64,000 nucleotides of DNA, taken from Rubripirellula sp. Lineage in GTDB: Bacteria > Planctomycetota > Planctomycetia > Pirellulales > Pirellulaceae. The DNA is taken from positions 736,001-800,000 of the forward strand of contig OZ244207.1 in NCBI GenBank assembly GCA_965216875.1, read 5' to 3'. Of this stretch, positions 1 to 10,800 are shown one piece after another. Every line of letters starts with the position of its first letter. Positions within the stretch are counted from its first letter, which is position 1. The position numbers and the translations under genes were made by a program. The notes under the pieces are model-generated. The model did no database searches. It was not told the origin of the DNA and worked only from the letters and a program-made list of their open reading frames with translations.

Positions 1-1483
1 ATACGTCCCAAATGCAGAGGGTTCCATGACGGTCGCCTGACGCGATGAAGTCCCCGCCGCTGGTCACGTCAGCGCAAAGCACGGGTGCCTCGTGACCTTC
101 AAAGCGTTGCTTCCAACATTGGTTTTGGCGTTTCCAATAGAACCATTCAAAGCCGCGTCGGTCTTCACCCTGAAACGGAGGTTCGTAGATGTCAAGGATT
201 CGCTGGACGCGCGTCATGTCGCCAAGCTCAAACGCTTGCTGTGCGGTGTTCATCCGAGCGATATAGAGGTACTGCTCGGTCAACGCACGCGACCGCTTTT
301 CACCCGCTGCGGCGCGTCGTGCTGCGGCCGCCGAGAGCGTTGCCTCTTCGCTTTTCGTTTCAGCGCGTCGCCACTGAGTTGTGATTCCGACGAAGCCAAC
401 AATCACGGCCAATGCAAAAGCGGTTGCCAACGAAGCAATCGCAGGTTTGCGTTTGCACCACCGCCAAAGTCGCCCCGGTGCCGAGAGGGGTCTCGCGGTG
501 ATCGGTTCGTCTCGAAGAAAGCGTCGAAGTTCTTCTGCAAGAGCGTTTGCCGATTCGTACCGGCGCTGAGGCATCTTTTCCATCAGCTTCCAGCAAATCG
601 TGTCCAGATCTTCTGGAACGGTCCGGTTGAGAGTGCGTACGTGAGGTGGGTCGTCGTGGATGACGTGTTGGATGACGACGGGGCCGTTCCCGCGAAATGG
701 CACTTCACCGGTCAGCAACTGGAAAAGGATCACGCCCAGTGAATAGAGATCAGTTCGCCGGTCGGCTCGGCTTGCGTCACCGCTGGCTTGCTCTGGCGAC
801 ATGTAGGCTGGCGTCCCAAACGCGTGCCCATCGATCGCCATCGTATTGTGGCCCGAATGCTCGCGTTTGGCTAAACCAAAGTCCATCACGTGTGGTTCGC
901 CGTCGCGATCCATCATGATGTTTGAGGGCTTGATGTCGCGATGAATCACGCCGCTGTCGTGGGCATGCTGAAGTGCTTCGGCGATCTTGATGCAGATTTC
1001 TGCTGCGCGATTAGCCGAAAGTGTTCGGCGCTGCTTCCAACGTGATAGAGGGCTGCCTTGAATAAAGTCACTGACGATGTAGACGCAACCGCTTTCGAGA
1101 TCGCGGCCCACCTCATGGACACTCACAATGTTGCGGTGTTGAAGCTGGGCAGCGGCTTGGGCTTCGCGGAGGAACTGTTCGGCTTCTTCGTGTGAGAGCT
1201 GGCCCTTGCGAGGAATCTTGATGGCGACAATGCGTTCAAGCTTCGTGTCGCGAGCCTTCCACACCGTTCCAAATCCGCCGCTTCCGATTCGCTCGAGAAG
1301 CTCGAAATGGTTGACAGCTTTCGGATCAGCCTGCCAGTCTGTCGAAGTCGCACCCGACTCGTCCATCGTTTCGTCAGAGAGCAGATCCAGACGGGATCCG
1401 CATGAAGTGCACGAAAGATTGATGAACGAGTCGCTGTCGTCGACATCGAGCGCGGTTTGGCAGTGTGGGCACCGAACCTGCAT
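1..1483 (-). CDS. Hanks-type Ser/Thr protein kinase with N-terminal zinc ribbon, transmembrane segment and C-terminal WD40 repeats (3' end beyond the window)
   Basis: Manual translation from ATG at 1483 (GGGAG upstream): MQVRCPHC..CTSC, IGSGGFGTVW, VAIK, HRDIKPSN, DFGLAK, then hydrophobic AIASLATAFALAVIVGFVGI, RGFEWFYW, and a WD repeat GHEAPVLCADV..LCIWDV. Absent from the ORF track because it has no stop in the window. Confidence 0.93.
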   Translation of the reverse strand, partial: MQVRCPHCQTALDVDDSDSFINLSCTSCGSRLDLLSDETMDESGATSTDWQADPKAVNHFELLERIGSGGFGTVWKARDTKLERIVAIKIPRKGQLSHEEAEQFLREAQAAAQLQHRNIVSVHEVGRDLESGCVYIVSDFIQGSPLSRWKQRRTLSANRAAEICIKIAEALQHAHDSGVIHRDIKPSNIMMDRDGEPHVMDFGLAKREHSGHNTMAIDGHAFGTPAYMSPEQASGDASRADRRTDLYSLGVILFQLLTGEVPFRGNGPVVIQHVIHDDPPHVRTLNRTVPEDLDTICWKLMEKMPQRRYESANALAEELRRFLRDEPITARPLSAPGRLWRWCKRKPAIASLATAFALAVIVGFVGITTQWRRAETKSEEATLSAAAARRAAAGEKRSRALTEQYLYIARMNTAQQAFELGDMTRVQRILDIYEPPFQGEDRRGFEWFYWKRQNQCWKQRFEGHEAPVLCADVTSGGDFIASGDRHGTLCIWDV

Positions 1484-1602
1484 GGGACATCTCCCGTGTC
1501 GGGCCCCTACTCTTTCGTCCAATTTGACGTCGCGATCTTTACGGTCGGGTCGCGATCCATTCTGAAGGGGCCAGTCTACCACACCATTTTGCCGATTGAA
1601 CA

Positions 1603-1719
1603 CTCTCCCTCGGGAGAGTCGGGCTCTAAGGCCCGGAGAGGGTTGTTTTCGAAACTCATTCCCTCCCCGGACTTTGCGTCCGACCCTCCCGCAAGCGGGA
1701 GGGTGGTTGTTGGAACGCA
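1603..1719. repeat. Inverted pair of CCCTCCC-type double-hairpin intergenic repeats
   Basis: 1658-1719 (attccctccccggactttgcgtccgaccctcccgcaagcgggagggtg..) is the near-exact reverse complement of 42363-42424; 1603-1642 (ctctccctcgggagagtcgggctctaaggcccggagaggg) is a variant in the opposite orientation. Confidence 0.85.
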
Positions 1720-1841
1720 CGTTAACTTGTGCGCACTTGCCGCTCAGGGAATTTGATCGCGCCGCGTTGGCAAACCGTCGATTGGAGTTCCCGTAACAAG
1801 ACGGGTAACATTTCGTGCGACTCCCACGCAAACAGTAGAGA

Positions 1842-3110
1842 TTGAACCGAGTGACAAACTTAGAAACGTTGGTTCCAGCCCTTCGAGCACAATTTCCAGC
1901 ACTTTCGCGTCGTGATGTCGGACGCGAGGCGGTCTTCTTTGACGGGCCGGCGGGAACACAAGTGCCGCAATGCGTGATCGATGCAATCGGCGACTATTTG
2001 ACGAAGCACAACGCGAACCACGATGGCGTTTTCGCGACGAGCATCGAAAGTGATCAATTCCTCGACCAAGCGCATGTCGCGGCCAGCGACTTGGTCGGTT
2101 GCAACGATCCGGATGAGGTCTTCTTTGGGGCGAACATGACAACGCTGACGTTGTCACTTTCGCGGGCGCTCGCCCAGGACTGGAAACCGGGTGATGAGAT
2201 TATCTTGTCCGGTATCGAGCATGACGCAAACTACTCACCATGGATCCACGCGGCCAAGGACGCCGGCGTCCATGTTCATGTCATCGACATCGACAAAGAC
2301 GATTGCACGCTTAGGGTCGAGCAGTACAAAGACCATTTGTCGCAGCGCACACGTTTGGTGGCGGTCGGGTGTGCGTCCAACGCGGTTGGGACGGTTAACC
2401 CGTTCAAAGAGATCTGCGCAATGGCCCGCGAGGTTGGCGCGTTTTCTTTCTTGGATGCCGTTCACTACGCGCCCCACGACGTTCTTGATGTGATGGATTG
2501 GGGATGTGACTTTCTCGCCTGCAGCGCTTACAAGTTCTTCGGTCCGCACGTTGGCATCATGTACGGACGCCGCGAGTTGCTCGAAGCGATTCGACCCTAC
2601 AAGTTGAGGCCAAGTCCCGACGCATTGCCTGGGCGATGGATGACCGGGACTCAGAATCACGAATGCATCGCGGGGACGCTGGCGGCGATTGACTACTTGG
2701 CCAGCATCGGTCGCCAAACGAGCGGCGAGGATTCGCTTGGTCGTCGCGCCTCGCTCAAGTCCGCGTATCAAGCGATTCGCGCCTACGAGAATTCACTTTG
2801 CAAGACTCTGATCGAAGGCGTTCAACAGATTCCCGCGATCAAACTGTGGGGGATTACCAACCCAGATGATTTTGACAAACGGTTGCCGACGATCGCGATC
2901 ACGCACGCATCGCTCACGTCAAAGGAACTTGCGACGCGGCTAGCGGCGAAGGGGATCTACGTCTGGCACGGCAACTATTACGCGTTGCCGCTGACCGAAC
3001 GGCTGGGCGTCGAACCGGACGGAATGGTTCGCATCGGATTGGTTCACTACAACACGTCCGAGGAAGTTGATTGGCTGTTGCAGTGCTTGAAAGAAATCAG
3101 CGAAGCCTGA
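1842..3110 (+). CDS. Cysteine desulfurase-like PLP aminotransferase class V (VC1184/TIGR01976-type)
   Basis: FFDGPAGTQVP, EHDAN, DAVHYAPH, SAYKFFGPH (PLP Lys). WHGNYYA sits where SufS has the catalytic Cys. Start may be GTG at 1851. Confidence 0.9.
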   Translation: MNRVTNLETLVPALRAQFPALSRRDVGREAVFFDGPAGTQVPQCVIDAIGDYLTKHNANHDGVFATSIESDQFLDQAHVAASDLVGCNDPDEVFFGANMTTLTLSLSRALAQDWKPGDEIILSGIEHDANYSPWIHAAKDAGVHVHVIDIDKDDCTLRVEQYKDHLSQRTRLVAVGCASNAVGTVNPFKEICAMAREVGAFSFLDAVHYAPHDVLDVMDWGCDFLACSAYKFFGPHVGIMYGRRELLEAIRPYKLRPSPDALPGRWMTGTQNHECIAGTLAAIDYLASIGRQTSGEDSLGRRASLKSAYQAIRAYENSLCKTLIEGVQQIPAIKLWGITNPDDFDKRLPTIAITHASLTSKELATRLAAKGIYVWHGNYYALPLTERLGVEPDGMVRIGLVHYNTSEEVDWLLQCLKEISEA

Positions 3111-3114
3111 TTGG

Positions 3115-3272
3115 GTAGTGGACGAGGCCACGAGTCCCCGGTGGTGGCTGTGTTGTCGGCCGTGCGGTTGGGGTGAGAGTGAAAGGGACTCGTAGCCTCG
3201 TCCACTACGGAGATTCGGGACTCGTAGCCTCGTCCACTACGGAGATTCGGGACTCGTAGTCTCGTCCACTAC
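3115..3272. repeat. Cluster of GTAG-headed 24-bp REP elements (family A: GTAGTGGACGAGGCYACGAGTCCC)
   Basis: One + copy at 3115-3138 and three - copies at 3185-3208, 3217-3240 and 3249-3272 with a 32-bp period and the same ggagattc linker; lies between convergent genes. Confidence 0.9.
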
Positions 3273-3287
3273 GAAGACTTGGTGGTG

Positions 3288-4454
3288 TTACCGGCCGAAG
3301 TAGTGGTTGAACTGTACGGCGAGCTGAAAGGGAACAAGGCGATCGGTGTCGATTGCCAGGTTAGGTGTCAATCCGCCTGAGACGATCGAGTTCTTTCTTA
3401 GCGGAACCACGGCCGCGATCGAAAGGGTCGACTGTGTGGCAAACGTGGTCGTTACGCCCGCAGTGAGATTGAGGTTGTTGACGTTGGAGCCGTACAAGGC
3501 TTCGGTCAGCAACAATGGGTCACCGCTTTCAATCGATTGCTGATAGTGCAATTCGAGCATCGGCGTGATCGCTCGCACGTTGCCGCAATCGCTTTTGCAA
3601 ATGTGTTTACCAACACCGATGTCCGCAAAGAAAAGATTGCGAGTGATGAAGGTCAGGTTTGTGATTGGCACGCCACCGGTCGTCGCATCGTCATCAGAGT
3701 CGCGTAGCCGTGCGCCGATGAAGCCCTGAGCAAACCAATCATCACGCGTCGCGAGTCCTGCGACGTACGGTTGGAAGAAGAGCGTGTCTCGTTCGATGAC
3801 GGCTCCCGAGGTGATTCCTTCTTGATCTTCGCGGGTTGGCAATTCAAGTCGCAAACCAGCCGACAGGGCGGCATCGTCATTCGACCAAAGCAATCCTTTT
3901 AAACCGAGTGCGACGTTACCGAACTCGGTGTCGCCAATGCCGTTGAAGTTCGTGTCATCCACTTCCGAACCGATCGAATCATAAAACGGCACGATTGCTT
4001 CAATCGAAATCAAGTCATCAATGCAGGCCCATTCGACGCCAAATCGGAATGCATTGGCATCGTAGGTGCGATCACCGTTACCAGCCGGAAAGCTTGTGGC
4101 TTGCATCGAATGTAGGTGAGCGTAGTCAAAGTAGGCACGCGTGCGAGGTATCGGGCTGTTGTTGCGCGACACTTTGCTGAAGTGATCTGGAAAGTGAATC
4201 ACGCTTGCCGCAGTACCGAAGACGCGGGGGACGCCGAGGCCTTCGTCGCCAATCATATTGGGGACTTGGAGGCACGGTCGTTTGCAACACGGTTGTGAAC
4301 AGGAAACGTCGCAGGCTGTGTCACTGCAACTGTCGCAGGATTCGGACCACGACTGCAATTCGACGTCCGAATGCTCATCGCCACGAGCTTCGGTGGCGAG
4401 CATCACCGTGAAGACGGCCAGGAATCCAAACCAGTGTAAATTTGTTCGGGTCAT
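3288..4454 (-). CDS. Secreted planctomycete protein, putative outer-membrane beta-barrel
   Basis: Signal peptide, Cys-rich low-complexity N-terminus, PNMIGD and NNSPIPRTR motifs, alternating hydrophobic strands (FRFGVEW, FGNVALGLKGLL, LSAGLRLELPT), aromatic C-terminus QFNHYFGR. Confidence 0.65.
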   Translation of the reverse strand: MTRTNLHWFGFLAVFTVMLATEARGDEHSDVELQSWSESCDSCSDTACDVSCSQPCCKRPCLQVPNMIGDEGLGVPRVFGTAASVIHFPDHFSKVSRNNSPIPRTRAYFDYAHLHSMQATSFPAGNGDRTYDANAFRFGVEWACIDDLISIEAIVPFYDSIGSEVDDTNFNGIGDTEFGNVALGLKGLLWSNDDAALSAGLRLELPTREDQEGITSGAVIERDTLFFQPYVAGLATRDDWFAQGFIGARLRDSDDDATTGGVPITNLTFITRNLFFADIGVGKHICKSDCGNVRAITPMLELHYQQSIESGDPLLLTEALYGSNVNNLNLTAGVTTTFATQSTLSIAAVVPLRKNSIVSGGLTPNLAIDTDRLVPFQLAVQFNHYFGR

Positions 4455-4830
4455 GATGGGCACGATTCAGAGTGGCAACTGTGACAGACAATCTCTCTGG
4501 AATCATTGATCGAATCGTCTCGACCCAAACGTTGAGACACATTCGAATAGTTGTTTCGATCGGAACCCTTGTTGGGGTGGGTGCGGAAGAAAAATCGATC
4601 TAATCGATACAACTTAACAATCGACTACGCCGGCTATGCGGGACATTCCAATTGATCGGAATGGTTCTGTTTTGACACCACGGACGGCAAACCCGGCACT
4701 TCAGGCCCGGGTGGGATTGTGCCGGCAACGGCAATTCGGGGCCACCCTGTCAGGGTTGTTCTAACTAGTATGTTGGGCGGAATTCTCAGTTGCCTGAGAG
4801 GTCAATGCACTGGTTAGGGAAAAGATCGAC

Positions 4831-7800
4831 ATGCTGGCAGGAAAAACCCGCCTTCGAGGACGCGCTCGGATTGCTCGGAAACGACGTGAACGGCTTGCTG
4901 GACGACGACGCACACAGCGCCGAGCAGAGCTACTTGAACCACGAATGTTGTTGGCCGCTGGTGACCCCGATTTGAGTTTTGGGACCGACGGGATCGCGAC
5001 CTTCAGTGTCGATGCATTGGACACTGATTCGGATGTCACCACAAAGGTCTTTGCCGACAACAGCGTGCTTACGGTAACGCCCATCACTGCAGTCAAGACA
5101 TTGGCCGATGGTTCACCCGACACATCGTATGGGACCAACGGCGTCGCCGTCTCCAATGACACCGTCTTGCGTGGAAAAGCGCTGGTACGCGATGACGGCA
5201 GTTACATCATGGTTGGCCGCGAGCCAGCGATCAGGGGTAGCGATTACCAGTTTTATGGTGTCACCGCGAATGGCCAAGTCGACACAAGTTTTGGAATCGG
5301 CGGAGAGATCGAACATGACTTCTCGCCTCGTTCCATCATCTTTGCCGACGCGGTCTTCGCAAGCGACGGCGGGTTCTATGTCCTCGGCGCGCCAGGCAGT
5401 AGCACGCAGGACGGGATCTACCTGTCTCGGTACGACGTCAATGGAAACGCGGTCACCTCCTTTGGTGAAGACGGATTGCTCTTTGTTCCGTCACCGAATG
5501 GACGCACAGCCGATGGCGAACACTTGCTCTTGGACGAAAACGGAAACCTCTTGGTCGTGGGGCTGAACCGCCAAGAGAACTTCAACGATGAGCTCGTGTA
5601 CTTTGCAAAGGCGACGCCGGACGGCGCTTTGTTGACTTCGTTCGGCGATAACGGGTTCGTCGTTACCGACACACTTGCCGACGCGTTTTCGAACGTTGTC
5701 CAACTGCCCGGCGGCGATCTGGTTGTCACGACAGAAGACCGATTCAATCGGACGATCCCCGAAGACTTTACTGAGATTCATCGCTTTGATTCGCAGGGTG
5801 GCCGCGTCGCCTCCTTCGCTGACGGTGGCACGCTGTCGCTTGGTGAATTGGATATCCGCCAACGAAAGTTTACCGGCGGTTTGGCCGTCGATAGCAGCGG
5901 CCGGATTCTGGTAGCCGGTGATGATGACGATACTGATTTGCTTTTCTTGCGATTGACCAGTGACGGTCAAATCGACACGACATTTGGCGACTTTGGCATT
6001 GCATCCAATGGAGGCCAAAGCGAACTCTTTACGACGATCCCAAATATCGAATTTGACTCGCTCGGGCGCATCGTCACGAGTAGCGTGATTGAGGTGGGAA
6101 GCCAGGATCGACCTGCGGTTTTTCGTTTCGAAAATGAAGATGCGGTTTGTCCGGCACAAGGGTGTGTTCAATTTGCCGAGCAATTCCCGATCGTCAGTGA
6201 AGGGACGGCAACCATCACGCTTGTCCGACAGGATGGAAGTGCCGGCGCGGTGAGCGTCCGTCTCCGCAGTTTGACTGAACGCAACATCGAGGCGACACCG
6301 AATGTCGACTACACGCCGGTCGATACGATCGTCACGTTCGCCGATGGCCAAACCACGGCGACAGCGACGATTGCCATTACCCAAGACAACCTTGACGAAG
6401 CTCCAGAAACGATTCTGCTAGAGATTAGCGAGGCAACGGGCGGCGCGGTTCTTAACAATCCGCAAAAGGCGCGTATGACGATTCAGCGTCAGGGGCTCAA
6501 TCCTGTTGAACTGCGCGATGGATTTGGGACTGGCGGCATCGTTGCCTTACCGTTCGGATCTTCAGACCTTCGGATCGAAGATGTCTTTCACCAAACCGAC
6601 GGCAAGCTCGTCGTCGCTGGCACCGATGTCGAAGATGATGGCGACTTTCTTGTCGTGAGGTTCAACGCTGACGGAACGCTGGATGAGAGTTTCTCGATCG
6701 ACGGCATTCTTACCGCCGACTTCAATCTCGAGGCTGAGACCGCGAACGCGATCGCACAGCAATCCGATGGTGCTCTTATCATCGCGGGGCAAAGTGACTT
6801 TGCTGTCGACGCAGGCGTTGCGCAACCTCGCGCGACGCTGCTAAGACTCCTGCCGGACGGATCGCCCGATCGGAGCTTTGGCATCGGGGGCCGTTTGGTC
6901 GACAACGACCTCAGGCTTGAATCGTATGTCGACGTCCTGGTATTGGACGACGACAGCGTGATCACACTTGGGCAGGTCGATCGTTTTGACGCGACGGCGG
7001 GCGCAACGATTCACACACTTGTTGTGCAAAAACGATTGGCCGACGGGACGCTTGACGCAACGTTCGGCCAGGGGGGCGAGTTGCGGTTTGATGACGTTGA
7101 ATCTCTTAACGGTGGCAAGAAACTTGCATCCGACGAAAACGGAACGCTTTACGTTCTTGGTTCTACCGAAGAGCGAATCGACACCAACACCGCGTTTCGG
7201 ATCGTGCGAAGCCCTGTGTTGATTGCCGTTTCGACATCGGGCGTGCCTGTGTCCGGGTTTGGCACTGGCGGCGTCGAGGTCTTGCGAGAGTTGGGATTCG
7301 ATCCACTCGACAACGTCTTCTCTGGTGGTCTCGCCGCCGATCAAGACGGAAAACCGGTCATCAGTTTCACTCAAAACGTCCGCGACGACCGCGACTTTAT
7401 CAATCAGCGCGCTGCGGTTGTGCGACTGCAGAGCGATGGTAGTCGAGACGTTGGGTTCGGAACGGACGGAATCGCTGTCGCGTCGCACGATGTTGACATT
7501 GAAAGTCATGCCGACGACATCACGTTGACACCCAACGGGCGGATTTGGGTTTCCGGAAGGTTGGAGCTGGACAACTTGAACGAGCAGACGATTGGCGTCG
7601 TTTCTTTCCTGCCTGACGGGACGCCTGATCCAGCAATCGAGAGTATAGGCTTCACCAATTTTGAGGCCGGATTCCAACGGGGTGATGCCAATATCATCAC
7701 ATTGCCAAGCGGCGAAGTGGTCATTGCCGCTCACGCCAATGTCCGTGACGACCAAGGCGACTTCGTCTCGAACATCACGCTGATCAAGGTCGCCGGTGGT

Positions 7801-10800
7801 GAAGCGACCGGCCGGGTCAAATTCGCGCTTGGCGAGGTCGAGGTCGACGAAAATGCCGGCGAGGTTTCGCTTGAGGTCTTGCGCACGGACGGAACGACCG
7901 GAGCGGGCACTGTCGAACTTTCGACGCGTGATGGATCGGCAACGGCCGCAAACGACTATAGCCTTGGCGCAACCGAAATCGCGTTCGCAGATGGTCAAAA
8001 TCGAGCGACAGTCACCATTCAACTGACCAACGACGGTGTTCTTGAAGGCCGCGAGAGCTTCTTCGTTGAATTGGTCAATCCATCAAACGTGCGATTGGGG
8101 ACTCGGACTGAAACGGAAATCACCATTGTCGATGGCCCGGGCGCGATTGCGTTTGCCGAGCCCGTATTTGGTGCAACCGAGAATCAAGACGAGAAGCTCA
8201 TCACGCTTGCACGTAGCAACGGCACCGACGGCGAAGTTTCCGTGCGCGTCACGGGGATCGGCGTCGAAGCGACCGCAGGTGCTGACTTTGTGCCGCTCGA
8301 TGAGGTTGTCACGTTCGCCGAAGGGCAATCGACAGCACAGCTGGCCGTGCGACTGCTTGATGACAACGTTAGCGAAGGAATCGAAACGATTTCGCTGCAA
8401 CTTTCGAATCCCACCGGCGGAAGTGTCTTGGGTGACCAAGTAACATCGGTGTTTGAGATCTTTGACGTCGAACCGTTTCAATCGACAACGGCAGGCGCTC
8501 GTGATGTGACGTTCGGCGAAGCGGGCGCGAGCGATGCGATTCGCGAGATTGATCCCGCGTTCTTTGGGGCAACGATCGCAGTGGCGAACCGACCGGGTGG
8601 TTCGTTTGTCGTTGCCGACGAGAACTTCCGGCTTTTCGGTATACTCGCTGGCGGAGAAATCGATACGACTTTTGGTGAGGGCGGATTCACGTTTGCGGAT
8701 GTTCCCGCGGCGAGCAGTAACGCAGTTCGCTCGGAAGGGTTTGTCGTCGACAACCTGGGGCGGTTCTTGTTGGTGGGACGCCGCAGTCTCGGTTTAGATT
8801 CTGATATCGTCGTGGTTCGTTTTACTGACGATGGCCAAGTCGATAGCTCGTTCGGTACCGACGGGATCGCGGTTGTCGACACCGGGGCGGATGACCGAGG
8901 TTTTAGCGTCGTCGTGGACGGCAGTGATCGAGTGTATGTCGCCGGTTCGAGTGGCGGACTGCTAAGTCGCGTGATGGTTGTCTCGCGGCTTAATCCGGAC
9001 GGGAGCGTCGACGATAGTTTTGCCGACTCAGGCATTCTTCGCTTGCCTGCATCCGAATTGATGGAAGAGGCGACCGCAATCACCATTAGCGATGACCGCC
9101 TGTTGATCGCTGGTCACACCGTTTCGGAATCCGATCAATCGGGCACGGTTGCGTCAACGTCGAACATCGTGGTCCATCGCACGTCGCTTGATGGTGTCAT
9201 CGATAGCGGCTTTGGCGATGCTGGACGTTTCGAAGGCGAATTTGAAGATCGAACCGGAAACACTCTCCAGGATGATCGTGTTCGAAAACTGATTCCGCTC
9301 GATGGCGGTCGAGTGCTTGTGATTGGCTCGACCGATGGCGAGTTCTTGATCGCTCGATTGACAGATTCAGGCGAACTCGACACCTCGTTCGGATTTGGTG
9401 ATGGTTACACGACCGGCGCGATCACTCCCGGCGGCCGTGGAAACGTTGGGATTGATTTTGCCCGCGACGCCATCGTGGACGAGAAGGGTTTGATCACCGT
9501 CGTCGGCGTGAGTGAACCACGCGATGAACTTGCCGTCGTCCGGCTACTCGAGAACGGTTTGCCCGACCCCGATTTCGGGATTCGAGGCGCGCGGCTTTTC
9601 ACTCAAGGAGATGCTGCTCGGGGTGGTGACGCCATCGTTGCTGCCGAGGGAGGCGGGTTGTTGGTAAGCACGAGTCGCGGGCAAGTGCTGAAGTTGCTCG
9701 AAACGACTGTGTGCCCGCCGGGTGGTTGCGTTCAGTTTGCGACACTTGATAACACCGTCGATGAATCGACTCAGACGATCGACATTCGTGTGAGTCGCCC
9801 TGCGGGTCGCAGCGAAGGCGTGGTCACCGTCGACTACATGACCGTTGATGGCTCGGCCGAACAGGGGACGGACTACATTGCGAATTCGGGCACATTGACG
9901 TTTCAAGATAACGAATCGTCGAAAGTGATTTCGATCGAGATCGTCAATGACGAAATCTTCGAATCGGATGAGACGTTCTTCATTGTTCTTGATAATCCGA
10001 GCGGCGGTGCCGTGCTCGGCGCGCAGTTTGTTGTCCCCGTCGCGATCCGCAATGACGAGACCCAAGTGCCGGAGCACTTTGTTTCGGTGACCAGCGGAAC
10101 GTTCGCAGAGGATGCTGGCCAGGCAAATATCCGCATTCGCACTTTCTCGTCCATCTTTGGTGCGGAACGGACCGAGCCGATCGAACTGAGTTACACGACT
10201 GTGGCGACCGGTACGGCGACTGCTGGCGTTGACTACACGCCCACGTCGGGCACCGTCACGATTGCTCCCGAAGATTCCCAGGTGTTTGTCCCCGTTCCCA
10301 TCGTGTTCGATGATGAGATCGAGGAGACGGAAACGTTTCGATTTGTGATTTCGGCGGTGACCGGCGCCACACTTTCGCTTTCGAGCGTTGATATCCGTAT
10401 TGCGCATATCGAGTCGACGACTTGCGAAGCTGGTCCAGGAACGCCGCTGGATCATTTTGGCAGCGATGGGTTCTCGGCTGTCGATCCGAATCCAGCGACA
10501 AACAATGACACCGGTCCTATCTTCACGGACGTTGGGCCCAATGGGCGCATCGTGCAACTTGGATCTCTTGATTCGAGGCAAAGCGGAATCAGCGTCATTC
10601 GCACTCTTGCAGACGGGACGCCTGACACGACCTTTGGTGATGGCGGCGTGGTTCGTTTGCCCTCCGTTCAAAATGGCGGCACACAGGCGGACGAAATCTT
10701 CGAATTGCCGAGAGCCGTTCGGCAGCTTGGCGATGGCAAGGTCTTGGTGGTGGGGCAAGCCAGTAATGATCGAGTGAACAATCTGTTTGTTGTTCGTCTC

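Noticed and set aside
92..742. 216-aa plus-strand ORF
   Set aside because: Antisense shadow of the kinase gene.
3185..3272. Mini CRISPR array
   Set aside because: The 8-bp linkers are identical, the repeat occurs inverted and dispersed elsewhere, and no cas genes are present; it is a REP cluster.
4500..4665. FNR-like boxes among repeated (T)TGATCG/ATCGAT words
   Set aside because: No TTGAT-N4-ATCAA palindrome, and ATCG words are abundant throughout this sequence.
4686..4750. c-di-GMP-I riboswitch upstream of giant gene A (GGCAAACC)
   Set aside because: The GAAA tetraloop and GCAAAG/CUAA elements are missing.
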